Shown piece by piece: positions 14,951 to 30,000 of a stretch of DNA of 64,000 bases. The stretch is from Eledone cirrhosa (lineage: Eukaryota). The DNA lies in the NCBI GenBank assembly GCA_964016885.1, contig OZ024741.1, positions 187,116,001 to 187,180,000 on the forward strand. Reading direction: 5' to 3'. Position 1 is the stretch's first letter; each line of letters starts with the position of its first letter. The notes beneath the pieces are model-generated. The model was not told the origin of the DNA. It ran no database searches and was given only the letters and a program-made list of their open reading frames with translations. The translations under genes and the position numbers were made by a program.

Positions 14951-15611
14951 TGTCCAATTGTATTTGCGTGTGTTCTGTTTTACTATTACAATTCTAACAA
15001 GTAGCCAGCTTTCTTCTTAGAGGTTCCAAATTCTTTTAGCTCTCCGTGATGCCGTTTTTGCAAACTCCGTGAAAGCAATTGCAACATGCTAATGGTGAAT
15101 GGCGGCATATTAATATGGCGTTTTGCACTCGTTGACATCTTGTGTACGTGAGTGACTGATATGGAAGGAATCATTATTAAATTGAAATATGGAAGATTGA
15201 AATCGCAAACGCGCACGTATGCACACATATATGTACACACATGTGTGTGTATACAAACATACTAATTCAAAAATATATACAGCAATATACAAATGAACAC
15301 GTACGTACGTATATGCATACATACATACATACATATATATATATACAAATACACGCATGCTTACATGCGCGCACACACGCCCCAACACACATACAGACAC
15401 GCGCACAAATTCTCGCATATACTCCCCCAAAACACATTTATATATATATGTATATATATATTGTTATACTTTGGGAGGGTCATGTTGCCAATAAGAAACA
15501 CACGCACCAGTTGCTTTCACTTCAATTTATTATAATAAATTTATAAATTTAGGAATTTATAAATTTCCAGTTGGTTGGTTGGTTCTACAACCAGATGATT
15601 GTTTTTATATT

Positions 15612-15657
15612 GGCAAAGTACTTTCGTCACACATTATGTGACCTCTTCAGTGTCTGG
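15612..15657 (-). ncRNA. Hammerhead ribozyme in PLE pseudo-LTR (left)
   Basis: gaca-CTGAAGA-g-gtcaca-taatg-tgtgac-GAAA-gtac-TT-tgcc; AGUACU palindromic stem III. Confidence 0.75.
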
Positions 15658-15855
15658 AGATTCTTTTCTTTGTTTTTGTGCCTCTCCTTTGTTCTGTCCT
15701 ACGCCATCTTGTTTTTGTGTGTGTGTTGTGTGCTTAGTTTGCGCATGTGTTACATATGGGTCTCTGTGTGTGTTTATATTGGTTTATTTATTTGTTTATT
15801 TACATGTTACTGGTTGGTTGTTTGTTCTATGTGCGTGTGTGTTTTCATTTTGTCC

Positions 15856-17820
15856 TTAATTGTAAGTTGTGATGTTGCTGTTCCATTCATGTTTTCTATT
15901 TAATTTTAGTTGGAGTTCATTTATGTTTATTGCCTCTGTTCTGTGTATAGATTCTATTTTTATTTCTATGTCCTCTAATTTACCCTTATGTTCTATTTTA
16001 GCATGTTGGTAGAGTACAGATGATTCTTTACTATCTTGAAGGTCTCGCCAATGTTCATTTATCCGTTCCCCTATACTATGAGCTGTCTCACCTATGAACA
16101 CTATATTTTTATCTCTACATTGTCCTTCAGTACATCTTATGCTATCTACTACATTTCTAGTTTTACAGTTAATATGGGGGCTTAATTTACAGATTATACA
16201 TTTCTTATCTATACAGGGAGGTCTTTGAAAAGGATATGTCTTGCTAATAAGTGTTTTTTATGGAGGTACCTGGTCTTTCTACTATCTTAATATTGAGTTT
16301 ATGTTTATCTAGGGCCCTTCTAAATTTGTAAGCTAATTCACCTCTATTAGCCTTATTCCTAGTTCTTTCTATTCTATTCCAAAATTTGCTCCTATACAAG
16401 GGGCAGGTCCCATTTGTGTCATTATTTACCATGTTTTCCCATTTGGTTCTGGCTCCGCTATATACTCTAATTTTACCTCTCTGATTGTAACCAGAGAACT
16501 GCATACGGTGGATGAAAAGTTGTATGTGTCTCTCTAGTTCTTTGGGGTTGCACATGTGGGACACGTTTCTCATCACCCGTATCAAATCCGCAATCAGTAT
16601 ATTGATTTTGGTATGGTCCGAAACAGCTGAGTTTCGGTGGATCAAATATTTGGAAGTCATGGGTTTGGCGTAATAGGAATGGAGGATTTGTTTTTTGTTA
16701 TTGATGGTATCTAACCAGAGCTCTGTGTCTAGTACAGGTAATCGATGGTTGGGGTGTTTGCTTGGGTAGTCTATAATAACTCTAATACTCTGGTGGATGG
16801 AGTTAGCTATTTGCTGGATGCTTTCCATTGTGTTTTTCTCTAATTCCTGACTGTTCTCTAGTGGGGTGTTTTTACTACGATGTTTATATATTCAACGTAG
16901 CGGGAGTACATTATCAGGGTTAAGGGGTCTTCTAATTGTTCTTTAAGTTTAAGTTTAAGTCTACTGTACCACCATACCATGAATAGGTCAGCTATGTCGC
17001 CTGCAATGCTAACACCAATGGCTGCTCTCTCCTCTTGGGCATATGTTTTTCCATTAAATTTGAATATATGTTCCTTAAGGGTTAATATTATGCTGGCCCC
17101 CACCGCATGTGCAATCATTTTCTTTAGTTCATCGTGGTTTTCGGGGGTCCGTATGGCTCTGGTCCACCCGTTCCATCTATCTTGGCCATTGAGGTAATGG
17201 TAGGTTGTCTGCCTCTTGCTGGTCTTGTAAGGCACAGGTTGCTAAGGCCATATGTATCTAGATAATTATTACTATAGATAAGTTTAAGTAGGTGTCCCAG
17301 CTCACTGGTATCAATCCCACGAAATTCAATACTGCTCTCACTGATCATTTCTACGCATTTCTCCACAGCAAAATCCACGTCAATAGATGGATACAGGGAC
17401 ACAACATCCATACTACCTATTATGCAGTTTGTTAGGTCCCTAGATCGGTTACTCTCGCCGATTCTGCTGAGGAGGTCCTCCGTGCTGTCACATACATCTG
17501 GGGACATTTCAATGATGGGGCGTATGATCAGGGAGAGGAAATAGGAAAGTCTGAGGTTACTAGCAATGTTAGTTCCACAGACTGGCCGTGTTGGTGGTCC
17601 TGTGACAGGGTCACTGCTGGTTTTATGGTCTTTTCGAAGCCCATACAACGCTGGCACGTCATTGTTCCAGGCCTTGAAGTTGTTGGCAGTCCTTTTGTTG
17701 GGCTGCATTATATTTGTCCACATCATCATATGGGCATTGAGGGCTTTTTCCCTATCCTCATGCTCTTGTGGTGTTACTTCTCTTTTGTTAGTGATGTGGG
17801 GTTGCATTGCCTGGATGTAG
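15856..17820 (-). pseudogene. PLE reverse transcriptase + GIY-YIG endonuclease, 5'-truncated and frameshifted
   Basis: LYGLRKDHK..PPTRPV, GSMDVVSLYPSID, FKFNGKTYAQ..AAIG, YSRYVEYI (YVDD mutated), LPVLD, YYAKPM, Cys-rich linker CIDKKCIIC..CKTRNVV, FIGETAHSIGERINEH. Confidence 0.9.
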
Positions 17821-18302
17821 TTACAAATATAGTGTACATAGGTGAGACAGCTCGCAGTATAGAGGAACGCATAAATGAACACTGGTGAGACCTTCAAGAT
17901 AGTAAAGAATCATCTGTACTCTACCAACATGCTAAAATAGAACATAAGGGTAAATTAGAGAACATAGAAATAAAAATAGAATCTACACACAGAAAAGACG
18001 CAATGTTTATACAAATCACAGAGACAATAAACATAAATGAACTCCAACCAAAATTAAATAGAAAACATGAATGGAACAGCAACATCACAACTTACAATTA
18101 AGGACAAAATGAAAACACACACGCACATAGAACAAACAACCAACCAGTAACATGAAAATAAACAAATAAATAAACGAATATAAACACACACAGACACCCG
18201 GATGTAACACATGCGCAAACTAAGCACACAACACACACACAAAAACAAGATGGCGTAGGACAGAACAAAGAAGAGGCACAAAAACAAAGAAAAGAATCTC
18301 CA

Positions 18303-18345
18303 GTCACTGAAGAGGTCACAGAATGTGTGACGAAAGAACTTTGAT
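18303..18345 (+). ncRNA. Hammerhead ribozyme in PLE pseudo-LTR (right)
   Basis: gtca-CTGAAGA-g-gtcaca-gaatg-tgtgac-GAAA-gaac-TT-tgat. Confidence 0.7.
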
Positions 18346-18537
18346 AATATATAAACAATCATCTGGTTGTGGAACCAACCAACCAACCGGAAATTTATAA
18401 ATTCCTAAATGTATTCCTAAGTGAAAGCAGCTGGTGCGTGTGTTTCTTAGTGGCAACATGACCCTCCCAAAGTATAACAATATCGGTTTCAACACACGTT
18501 TTCAGATAAAGAATCCTACTAAACAAATTCAGAAACG

Positions 18538-18585
<48 letters not shown>

Positions 18586-18596
18586 GTATGTATATA

Positions 18597-19927
<1,331 letters not shown>

Positions 19928-20061
19928 TATATATATATGTGTATGTATATATATATATATAGGGCTCGATAAGGATAAATATATATCAAATATATAAGAA
20001 GCATAGAGCAAATATTTATTAAATAACAGATTAAAGTTTAAGCAAAGAATCGCTGCTTTCA

Positions 20062-20118
<57 letters not shown>

Positions 20119-20249
20119 GCACAAGCATTATACTCAAAAAGGCTTACATGTTTATATGTGCAATTGGTAGGCCACCAATTGCACATAACTACATACATAT
20201 ATGCTTATCGTATTTCAGTTACTATGAACGTTGCTATATATATACCCAC

Positions 20250-20536
<287 letters not shown>

Positions 20537-20926
20537 GGGGTGCGGAGATAATAGTAAGAAAGAAAAAAAAAAAACAGTAGAAAATACTAAAGGGATTTTC
20601 TCTCCGAATAACAGTAAAGCATTTATTTAGAAAATAGGAATTTCCGTATTGTTCGTACCGGTTTCAGTGTATGGGCTTCTTCATGCGGCGGAAGTGTATA
20701 ATGAAATTAAATTGTATATTAATAAGAATATGGGGAACAAATAATATGGTTTATATACATATATATAGAGAAAAGATCACATTTTTGTTTGCCGATTTCT
20801 GTCTTTCTCCCTTGGTGTTGACCATAACAGTGTCACTATTGATAATGGAAGTAGCAGGGAAGAATCAGTTCGTTCTGTTTTAGGTGTTGACCTAATATAT
20901 ATATATATATATACATACATATATAG

Positions 20927-20991
<65 letters not shown>

Positions 20992-21002
20992 TTGATATAG
21001 AT

Positions 21003-21413
21003 ATAATAAATGTAATCTGAGCTCTTCAAATATTAATAATATTTGATAATATTTGTTTGCAATTATGCAAACAAACCCCATTTTCATAGCCATGTCAGTA
21101 GAATGAACTTTTCATTCTTACTCTTGTGTTGGCATGTAAACAGAATGACACGAATGTTTCTGGGTATCACCCTTCATCAGTACAGCTTACTGTTCACCTG
21201 CTAACTGTCAGAACTAGTGAAAATATATGCAATTTTCTAAAATATACAGTGACTGATCGGCCTGATTTGCATATTAGCAGAATATTAACGTTGCCTTTCA
21301 TCCTTACAGGGTCGATAAAATAAAGTACCAGTAATATACTGGGTTATTGCTGGCCTTGTGCCAAAAGTAGAAACAATTATTAATATTTGAAAAACTCAGA
21401 TTACATTTATTGT
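21003..21413. mobile_element. Inverted-repeat cassette (~38-bp arms) containing a hammerhead relic and a SINE 3' fragment (21285-21378)
   Basis: ataataaatgtaatctgagctcttcaaatattaataat mirrors attattaatatttgaaaaactcagattacatttattgt. Confidence 0.6.
21147..21180 (-). ncRNA. Putative hammerhead relic
   Basis: CTGATGA-a-gggt-gat-accc-a-GAAA-ca-ttcg-tg-TC: intact core, stems II and III, GUC triplet; proximal stem I unpaired. Confidence 0.55.
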
Positions 21414-21834
21414 ATTCAACCATGTAGAGCGAACATTTTCTTTTTTTTGCTATAAATATAGATATCATGTATTAGACTCTCTTTCTTGCATTCACTCCCT
21501 CTCCCCTTTCTTCCGCGCAATATAAGGTTACTTTTTTACCCGACTATTTGCTATGCACATATCAACCGGATTTTTACAACTTTTACTCCCGTGTTTGAGA
21601 GAAATGCGCTAGAAGCCGAAATGTATAATAAAATTATATCTGCATGAATATAGAGTGTGTAACCCAGACTGCACAAGCGTAAATAAATAAATATATATTT
21701 CTAATATGTAGGCAGGTAGATATGCTAGAAAATACGAATTTCCCTGTAAATTGGAAATGCTTTTGTTCTAATTGGACCCCCATCAAAAGATGTGTATATC
21801 ATCCAATCAACCATAAGGAAACATGTATTTCATT

Positions 21835-21872
<38 letters not shown>

Positions 21873-21905
21873 CTAATTAGAACACTGGATTAACCCCTTT
21901 ACTTA

Positions 21906-21940
21906 CCTCAGAAGAAGAGATATTATCTCGAAATATCAGG
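21906..21940 (+). ncRNA. Putative minimal hammerhead relic (U4A core mutation)
   Basis: cct-CAGAAGA-a-gagat-att-atctc-GAAA-ta-TC-agg; directly downstream of (TA)n. Confidence 0.55.
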
Positions 21941-22159
21941 ATATTAAAATAAATTTAAGGTAAAAGATAATTATCAGCAATATCTTTTGCATTTATATTT
22001 ATATTCTATATCCATACCTGCATTTTTCTGGCCTTCTAACTTCAAACGTTTATATATAAGAACGTTGAAGTTTACATGTATTTAGATTTTTATTGTGTAT
22101 CGACCTCTCACTTTCGTACACAGGAGCTTACGAGGAAGCCTTTACGTGATGTGATAGCT

Positions 22160-22970
22160 AAATATGCTAGGAATAGCAGCCATGTAATGATCGAATCATA
22201 TACCTACATTCTTTGAAAAAGAAAGTACACCTTGGACAATGTATCTATAGATAAAGCTGAAGATAACTGAAATACCTTTCAACAGAGGTCCACTCGATTA
22301 AGTCCGTTTAGGGAGTAAACAACACACAAACACACACATATACACATACATATACAAACAAATAAAAGCAGACTCATACACAACACTCACCTAAATATAC
22401 CAATACCACATCTCTTGAACAACATTGTGGAATCATGTGAAACCTCCATTTTCTCTGCTAATTAGAAGAAACCACGAGGGCGGCAAGATATCGAGGCGCC
22501 GCTAAATGGTCGTTTAATTTACTAGATATAGCAGCCAGTTCTTCCTTAAATCAGTTTCTACTGTCTTTAAAAAATATTGTACAGAATTGTCCAAGCTGTA
22601 CTGTATCTGAGGCGTAAAAACGATGACGTTGCAGTTAATAGAAATTTGGTCATTGAACTACTCAATTAGTGCTGACCTAGGGTTTAAAAACAACAACAGC
22701 AACACAAGTACAACATCGATAACAAGAACCAACAAGATGGCCTCAATATGGTTATTCAACTAATTAGTAACAGAAGCCAACACTTTCACGAATCATACTC
22801 AACCGTCGTAAAACAAAGTGTGGGGTGGGGTGCCCCATAAGATTATATAATCCGAGTTACAATATGTCCGAAAAATAAATACAGTGTGGAAGTTCACGGC
22901 TAGAATACTTTATTGTTATTTATCTGGTTTGACTAGTGGTCAAACAGCAGCAACAATACTAACAACAACA
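22160..22970 (+). repeat. Three degenerate head-to-tail copies of the ~200-bp (AAC)n-tailed repeat
   Basis: gctaggaatagcagcc / actagatatagcagcc / ttagtaacagaagcc starts; each ends in aaacaac..; similar to 5716-5910. Confidence 0.55.
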
Positions 22971-24132
22971 GTAACAGAAACAACAGCAGCAGCAACAAAT
23001 ACAACATCGATAACAAGAACCAACAAGTAACAACGACAGCAACAACAATAACCTTTCAAATTTGTTTCACTGAAGGCCTAGAGAATCTATGGGAATTACT
23101 CTTGATACTTCAAGAAAAAAAAAACTTTTGCCTTGAGCCCATCCCATGTTCGTGAATTATATATGTCTGAATATATGCAGGCAGTTGTATAATGGTGTGT
23201 GTGTCATGTGTTCTATACATATGTCCCTGCATATATGTGCGTATGACCCCATTTATGCTCTACTGACTCACGCTTTACGTAAATGTCAACCTGAATTTGA
23301 CCAACATACTAACAAAAGCTGATGGTGTTATTGCTAACGGTATTATTTCTTTGAACTCGTGTGAATTCTCAGTGAGAAAACCGGTGATTAACGGTGTTCT
23401 AGTCATGACCAACCCTTCTAATTCCCAGGCATGGTGTTCCAACACTTAGGTTATCCGTCGTTTGATTTGAAAGAAATGTGTTTGTTTGTAGCTCACCAAT
23501 GTCTCATTCTAGTGTGTAAAATGAGAGATATTTTGTTGGGTAAGGGAAAAATACCGTTGTGAGTAAAGCGAAAGAAATCTCGACACTTAAATTGTATAGT
23601 TAGAAGTCTGAGCAAGCAGGCACATGTTCCTAGACGTTCTAAACATGACCATCGCTGTTTTTTCTTTTTATTCAGACATACACTATCTAGCACTACATTA
23701 TTCAATGTGGCAATCTTTATTCAAATATCATTTAAAATTCAAATATTACGGATAATTTCAATACGAATTTCGATAGAATATTTTAACAGAGAAAAAGAAA
23801 ATAGAAATGTTGACATCCAGATTTACGTATTTTCCCTTCTTGCACCCTTGATAATCTCATTTTACCTCCTCCACTTAGACTTTCTCTCACCCTCTTTTCT
23901 CCCCACACTCTCTCTCTATCTATCTATCTCTCTCCCCTCTCTTTCTCTGTCCATCTCGCTCGCTCTCCCTCTCTCATTCTATCTCTCTCTAATTATCTTA
24001 TTCGAAAAACTCCTAACATATCTGTTTTCGTTAACTAAATTTAGATTTCAGTGTTGCACTCATGTTATCTCTGTAGATTGAAATGTGTATATTCAATTGG
24101 ATTCTTCTTCTTCTTCTTCTTCTTCTTCTTCT

Positions 24133-24349
24133 TCTTCTTCAAGTTTCACCTGGAAAGGAAGGTGAGGGTAGAGAAAGAAGTGCTTATTTTGTTAGATTTA
24201 TGCATAGTTTATTTTATATTTTGTATATTTCCATTGTTAAATTAGTCTTGCCATTGTGGACTTTTACACGAGCTTATTGTAAACCCCCACTGTCCGTGTC
24301 TTTGTATTGTCCTCTACATGTCGGCCCTTGTGGCCAATAAATGAAATCA

Positions 24350-24352
<3 letters not shown>
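24133..24352 (+). mobile_element. 3' fragment of a related Tx1-clade LINE
   Basis: FFKFHLERKVRVEKEVL matches the Tx1 C-terminus FFKFHLKRKIRVEREVL; 3' UTR ends tgtattgtcct...cccttgtggccaataaatgaaa; flanked 5' by (TTC)n and 3' by (ATT)n. Confidence 0.8.
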
Positions 24353-24384
<32 letters not shown>

Positions 24385-24385
<1 letters not shown>

Positions 24386-24562
24386 GGTGGTGATTGGCAG
24401 TATCGCTAGAGGGTCGGATGCCATGCTTTTCAACATAAAGTTATGGCCCTTTATTGTCTGAGTACGGGGTCGATAAATAAAGTACCAGTCACGAATTGGG
24501 GTCGATTTTATCAACATTTCCCTCCCCCAAAATTGCTGGCCTTGTGCCTATATAAAAAACCA
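24385..24562 (+). mobile_element. SINE family S (internally deleted variant) within (ATT)n
   Basis: A box head, gtcgataaataaagtaccag, 3' ggccttgtgcctatataaaaaacc then (ATT)n. Confidence 0.85.
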
Positions 24563-24585
24563 TTATTATTATTATTATTATTATT

Positions 24586-24764
24586 GATTGGCAGTATCGG
24601 TAGAGGGTCGGACGCCATGCTTTGCAGCAACGAATTACGGCCCTTTATAATCTGAGTTCAAATCCCGCCGAAGTTAACTTTTCCTTTCATCCTTACGGGG
24701 TCGATAAATAAAATACCAGTAATACACTGGGATAATTGCTGGCCTTGTGCCAAAAGTAGAAACA

Positions 24765-24765
<1 letters not shown>
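24586..24765 (+). mobile_element. SINE family S immediately upstream of Tx1 copy 1
   Basis: A and B boxes, central domain, 3' ggccttgtgccaaaagtagaaacaatt + (ATT)n. Confidence 0.9.
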
Positions 24766-24809
<44 letters not shown>

Positions 24810-25016
24810 GGCGACCTACGTAGTAAATCGTATCATCGTGAGCTCCGCAAAGGTTTGTTATTTCCGTTTGTTAAAAATTGCCATTTATGGAAAATTTTAT
24901 TGTTAACTGTTTATAAGCACACATACATTGTTTTCCGAAAAGGACACCCAAAAAGATTGGGGCCTTGTGCCCAAAATTTTAACTTTTATTATTATCAAAA
25001 AATTTCTTTGAAAAAA

Positions 25017-27015
25017 ATGTCTACTTCACCTCTGCACGAAGCAGCTGAAAGCCTTCCTCACAAAATAACACCTCACACCGACACCACCATTGTAAATGTT
25101 ACTACGTTTGCCAACACAAAAAAAATATAAGCAGTAGCAATATTTTAAATTTGTCTCAGGCAGACATTCATTTCCCGCCATTACCAATGACTGCAGGTGT
25201 TAAAGCCTCCACCACCACCACCACCGCGACAACCACCACCACCACCACCACCACCACCGCGACAACAGAAACAAAAGAAGAAAAAAATAAATTAACTCGT
25301 GATGTCGAAATGAAATCAAGCAAAATGGACTCTTCCCCACCAAAGACGACTGACGTCACCACCACCACAACTGAAACTAAAATTAATATTAACGATAGCA
25401 ACAACAACAACAATGGCATTATAACCCCCCCCCCTCAGTTTCGCCAGAGTAGCAAAACAATTCGAAGCAGTTACGGTAACTCAGGAAGATTTAGAAAATG
25501 CCAAACAAATGGTAAAGAAAGATGGGTACAGGGTCAGCCTCACCCCCCCCCCCCCACACCTAATAAAATGGAGCATCGGCGCCTATGCACCGTGTCGTAT
25601 AGAACAATAAATGTAAAATCGCGCCGAGTGGAACGGGCATCCGAGTCCCAAATCCAAAAAGCTTTGGGACATGTGTGGGCAAGAAAAACCCACATCAGAC
25701 GTGGGCAAAAGTATGGAACCGTGGACGTGTTCTTTGAAACACCAGAGGAGGCTAGAGAACACTCCATGGCCCCATTAAAAAGTGACGACTTCACACTCGT
25801 CCCAAGCTATTGTGGCCAGAGACTCGTAAAGATCAGGGTGACCCACGTTCCACCGGCCATCGAAATTCCCTGGCTAATAGCGGCGGTCCTCGCCGGCATC
25901 GAAGCCAACACGAAAATAATAGCAATAGCAAAAGAAAAGCAGGAAAACTGGTCCGGATCTGGGATGAAGCTCCTGATCCAAGCGGACCAAAAAAGCATTG
26001 AGGAGATCCCAGAGGTAATAGACCTCACTGACGGCAGCCACCTCACGGTAATTGTCGAGGGCAGAAGACCTAGGTGTGTCGTTTGTGGTGAAGGAACCCA
26101 CCTAAGGGCTTTCTGCCCTCAGGCTAAAAGGTTGAGGCCACCTCTCCTACCCACCCCAGTGACACAACCATCAACACCACCAGTAGCAGAGATGGCAGCA
26201 ACAACTGTAGCAGCAAGAACAGAAGCAACTATAACAGCAACAACCCCAGCAACAGTAGCAAAACCAACACCACCACCACCACCAGCAAAACCAACACCAC
26301 CACCACCCAACGCTTCAGAACTAGCACCAGCGCCTACACCATCCACCACGCCACAACCAAAACTAACGGCTGTGGAGGATTTTCCACTCCCCGGCCTATC
26401 ACAACTGGAGACAGATTGTGACGACGAGGAGTGGGAAACGATATCCGGAAAAAAAAAAGAAACCAAAAAAGAAAAAATTCTCTTCCTTCCCCCTCCAAAA
26501 ACAAAATACAGAGGGAAACAAATAAATTAAGAAACAAAAAAGTTAGGACAGATATGCCACCATCCACACCAGCATCACCAACCCCATCAACCCAAACACC
26601 AACACCATCACCATCATTAACCCCAACACCACCATCACCTACACCACAAAAGTCACCAAAATGCGAAACAGAAACAAACCCACAACAAACGCAAACAAAA
26701 CAAAACAACCAAAACGATACACACTACACAGCATTAAATTTGAACAACAAGCAATTATTACACTACATCCAACACAACACCAGCATCACAGAAAAAGACT
26801 ACACAACAACCTCAAAATTCACACCACCTCCACACATACAAATCACTCGCATCACACAGAAAACGTACATGACACTAAAACAAAAATTCCCCAAAGACAT
26901 CGGAGACTTCCGACAAGCACTCTCCAGGAGGATTTATAAGGACATCCTTCCTGAGGAGGCCACAAGCAGTGAAAAGGATGGAAAAACCGTCCTTCCCCTA
27001 CGAGAAGTAAGGTAA
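25017..27015 (+). pseudogene. Tx1 ORF1 (gag-like, CCHC knuckle), frameshifted
   Basis: CVVCGEGTHLRAFC; Thr/Pro-rich linkers; homologous to 40110-41976 on the minus strand. Confidence 0.85.
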
Positions 27016-27049
27016 GTGGTCTTTCCCATCTTTTCCACTCCTTTTCAAC

Positions 27050-30000
27050 ATGACCTCACTCAGAATAGGCAGCATAAATGCGCGTGGCTTGGGGTCGTCA
27101 TGGAAGCAGGGCCACCTGCTCAACGACCTCAGCTCACTAAACATAGATGTAGTGGCCATCAGCGAGACCAGAACCTCCGAAGCACAGGCTTTCGCACCGA
27201 TCTTCGGCGGCTACGATGTGTACGCATCTCCCAGCCGTCCGGGATCGGGGGGAGGAGTTGCTGTGCTTTTTCGGAGAGGTTTAGATCTTGCCATACGGGC
27301 CATCTTCCTGGACCCAGAAGGTAAGTTGGTGGTGCTGGACGTGACCAGCGGAGACGGGCAAGCTTTCAGGTTAGTGGCCGTCTATGCCCCGACAGGAGCA
27401 GGGCGGCCTGATTTCTTCCGGCGTCTGGAGACCTTTCTTGGAACGTCCCGCTCTTTAGTGTTAGTGGGCGACTGGAACTGGATCTTAGATGCACGCTGGG
27501 ATTGTGTGGGATTAGTGGATAGGGAAGGAGGGTGCAAGAGTCTCACCAACCTGCTCAGACGTTTTGAACTGTCTGACAGGTACCGAATGGATTTCCCGAA
27601 TGTACCAATGTGGACTTGGACAAATCGCATAGGGTCATCCAGATCATATCTAGATAGAGTATTTTGTAGGGAAATAGATAGGTCTAGCATAGGCTGTCCA
27701 CAATTCAAGATAGTCAGCTACACGGACCATAAATTCGTGATCTGTGTGCTTGACTTAGATAGGCTTCATAGACGAGGACCCGGCTACTGGAAGCTAAACG
27801 CGTCCTTACCGGCGCGCAAGGCCTACAGACACCGGATTAGCGAACTAGTTAAGCGGGCGTTGACGGGGGCCATCGTCAACAACAAGTGGTGATTTGCTCT
27901 GAAAAGAGCGATTAGAATAGAATCCATTAGGTTTAGTAAGGCTTTAGCAATAGAGAAAAATAGAGCAGAGGCAGAATTAGTTAGAAAATTAGACGAGGCG
28001 CTTAGCAAACGCATCGCGACCGACGTACTTACTTGCGGCGAAATTGGCCCTTGACCAATTCTTCAATGCAAAGCACGAAGGCTGCGTTGTCAGAGCTAGG
28101 GTGCGTGCTCTCAGACACGAGGGGACGAAAGCCGTTCAATGGGCCCGAGTGGCGGAGGCGCGTCGTGGCAACAAAGCCACGATCCGGTCTTTGGTGGACC
28201 ACGACGGGCGCATGCTACTCGATCCCGGGCAAATGTGTGAAGCTTTTCAGCGACACTTCGCTCAACTGTTCGGGGGCAGTGGCGGGCCGGATCGAGGGAT
28301 GGACTTTAGTGTCTACCTCGACGGACTGCCGCGGCTTTCGGCCACTGAGGCGGAGTGTTGCGAAAAGCCGATAACAACCGCTGAAGTACGGGATGCAATG
28401 ACTAGTTGCACAAGGGGTAAATCGCCTGGTTTGGATGGTCTGCCCTATGAACTTTACGTACAAATGCCAAACTTGTTCGGAGGCCTCTTGGCGGACGTCT
28501 ACTGCAACTGGCAACAGAACGGGAGAATTCCCAGCTCTGTGAGCCGAGGAGCGGTGGCGCTGCTGAGAAAGGATCCGAACAAGGGGGATAACATAGATAA
28601 TTTTAGGCCCATAACTCTGCTAACACAGAGTTCAAGATTTTGGCCAAGGTGCTAGCAAAGAGGTTGGCGCTTGTCGTTGGTGGTCTGGTGGGAGAGACAC
28701 AGACATGCGCCATTCCCGACAGATCCATCCACGACAACCTCCACCTCATGCGATACATCGTAGAGAGGGTAGCTAGGGAACCTGGCACGGGTGGGTCTTT
28801 GATCAATTTAGATCAGTCGAAAGCCTTCGATAGGGTCGACCATCGTTACCTAGCGGTAGTCCTGAGGGCGGCTGGCTTTGGGCCCGTCTTCAGAGGCTGG
28901 ATCGCTGCCATGCACAGCGACATCTGCTCTGTAGTGAGAGTGAACGGTCACCTTTCGGAACCGTTCAACATCATGCGCTCGGTCCGCCAAGGATGTCCCC
29001 TCTCGTCCCTATTGTACGTATTGACTCCCGAGCCATTACTGCACAAACTGGAGACGTTGAGGTGGGTCCCGCGCGAACTAGGATGCGGAAGATCCGTGTC
29101 AGCATATGCCGACGATGTCACCGTAGTGGTGTCGAACGCCAAACACGTCGAGGCGATCGGCTCTACACTAAGAGAATACGAAGCGGTGACAGGAGCAATG
29201 ATCAACCAGGAAAAGTCAGTGGGCCTGCAGCTCGGCACCTGGAGAGGCAGGTCCATGCCGTCCAACAGCGTCGTCGGGAGCTGGACGGACGGACCGGTTA
29301 AATTGCTAGGGGTCTGGTTCGGTCCAGACCTCCAGACGGACAAAAACTGGGACGAGGTGACGAGCAGGGTGGCTTCTCTCACCCAGAAATGGGCGGAGAG
29401 GAAGCTATCCCTGAAAGGTCGAGCGGAGGTGGCGAATGCGTACATCGCATCCGTCATCTACTACCGCCTGACCGTCGTACCTTGTCCTAAGCCCCGCCTG
29501 ACTGCGCTGGAGCGTTTGCTCTTTCGCTTCTTGTGGAAGGGTCGCGCTCTGATGGTCAGGCGTTCCATCTGCTGTCAACACCCGCTACGTGGAGGGCTGG
29601 GCATGCCGTGGCTGATGATGCGCAGACACTCGCTCAGGCTACGACATCTCCACCTCTTCCTCGACGGTGATCAGGTGTGGTCGCCGTTTGCTAGACACGT
29701 TTTTCCCCAGCTCGTCTCCTTGACGGAGCTGCAGTCCTGGGTCAAGCGAAGACCGAGAGGGAGCGCTTGGAGACTGGAATGTCTTCAGGCGCTCACAGCA
29801 CTCGACCAATCGGGCAATGTGATCGGTGGAAACTCCACCTTGGCGTTCTATAGGGGATTAGTGGAGGGGAAGAGCGACGACGTACTTGGAGAAACTCTAG
29901 GCGTCGACGAAAATCAACTAGCCAATGTCTTCAGAAGGACTTTCGGGCCGGGGCCTATGGACAACTTCCAGAAATCCCTGGCTTGGCAGTGCTACCGAGG

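Larger units (their letters stand above)
15458..18483 (-). mobile_element. Penelope-like element with inverted pseudo-LTRs (~650 bp)
   Basis: 15458-~16110 is the reverse complement of ~17825-18483; each arm holds the GIY-YIG end, 3' UTR and a hammerhead. RT lies between them on the minus strand; flanked by (TA)n. Confidence 0.92.

Noticed and set aside
27382-29457. Antisense and alternate-frame ORFs over the LINEs (e.g. 28948-29457, 37982-38491)
   Set aside because: Shadows of GC-rich RT coding sequence; shared between copies only because the copies are closely related.
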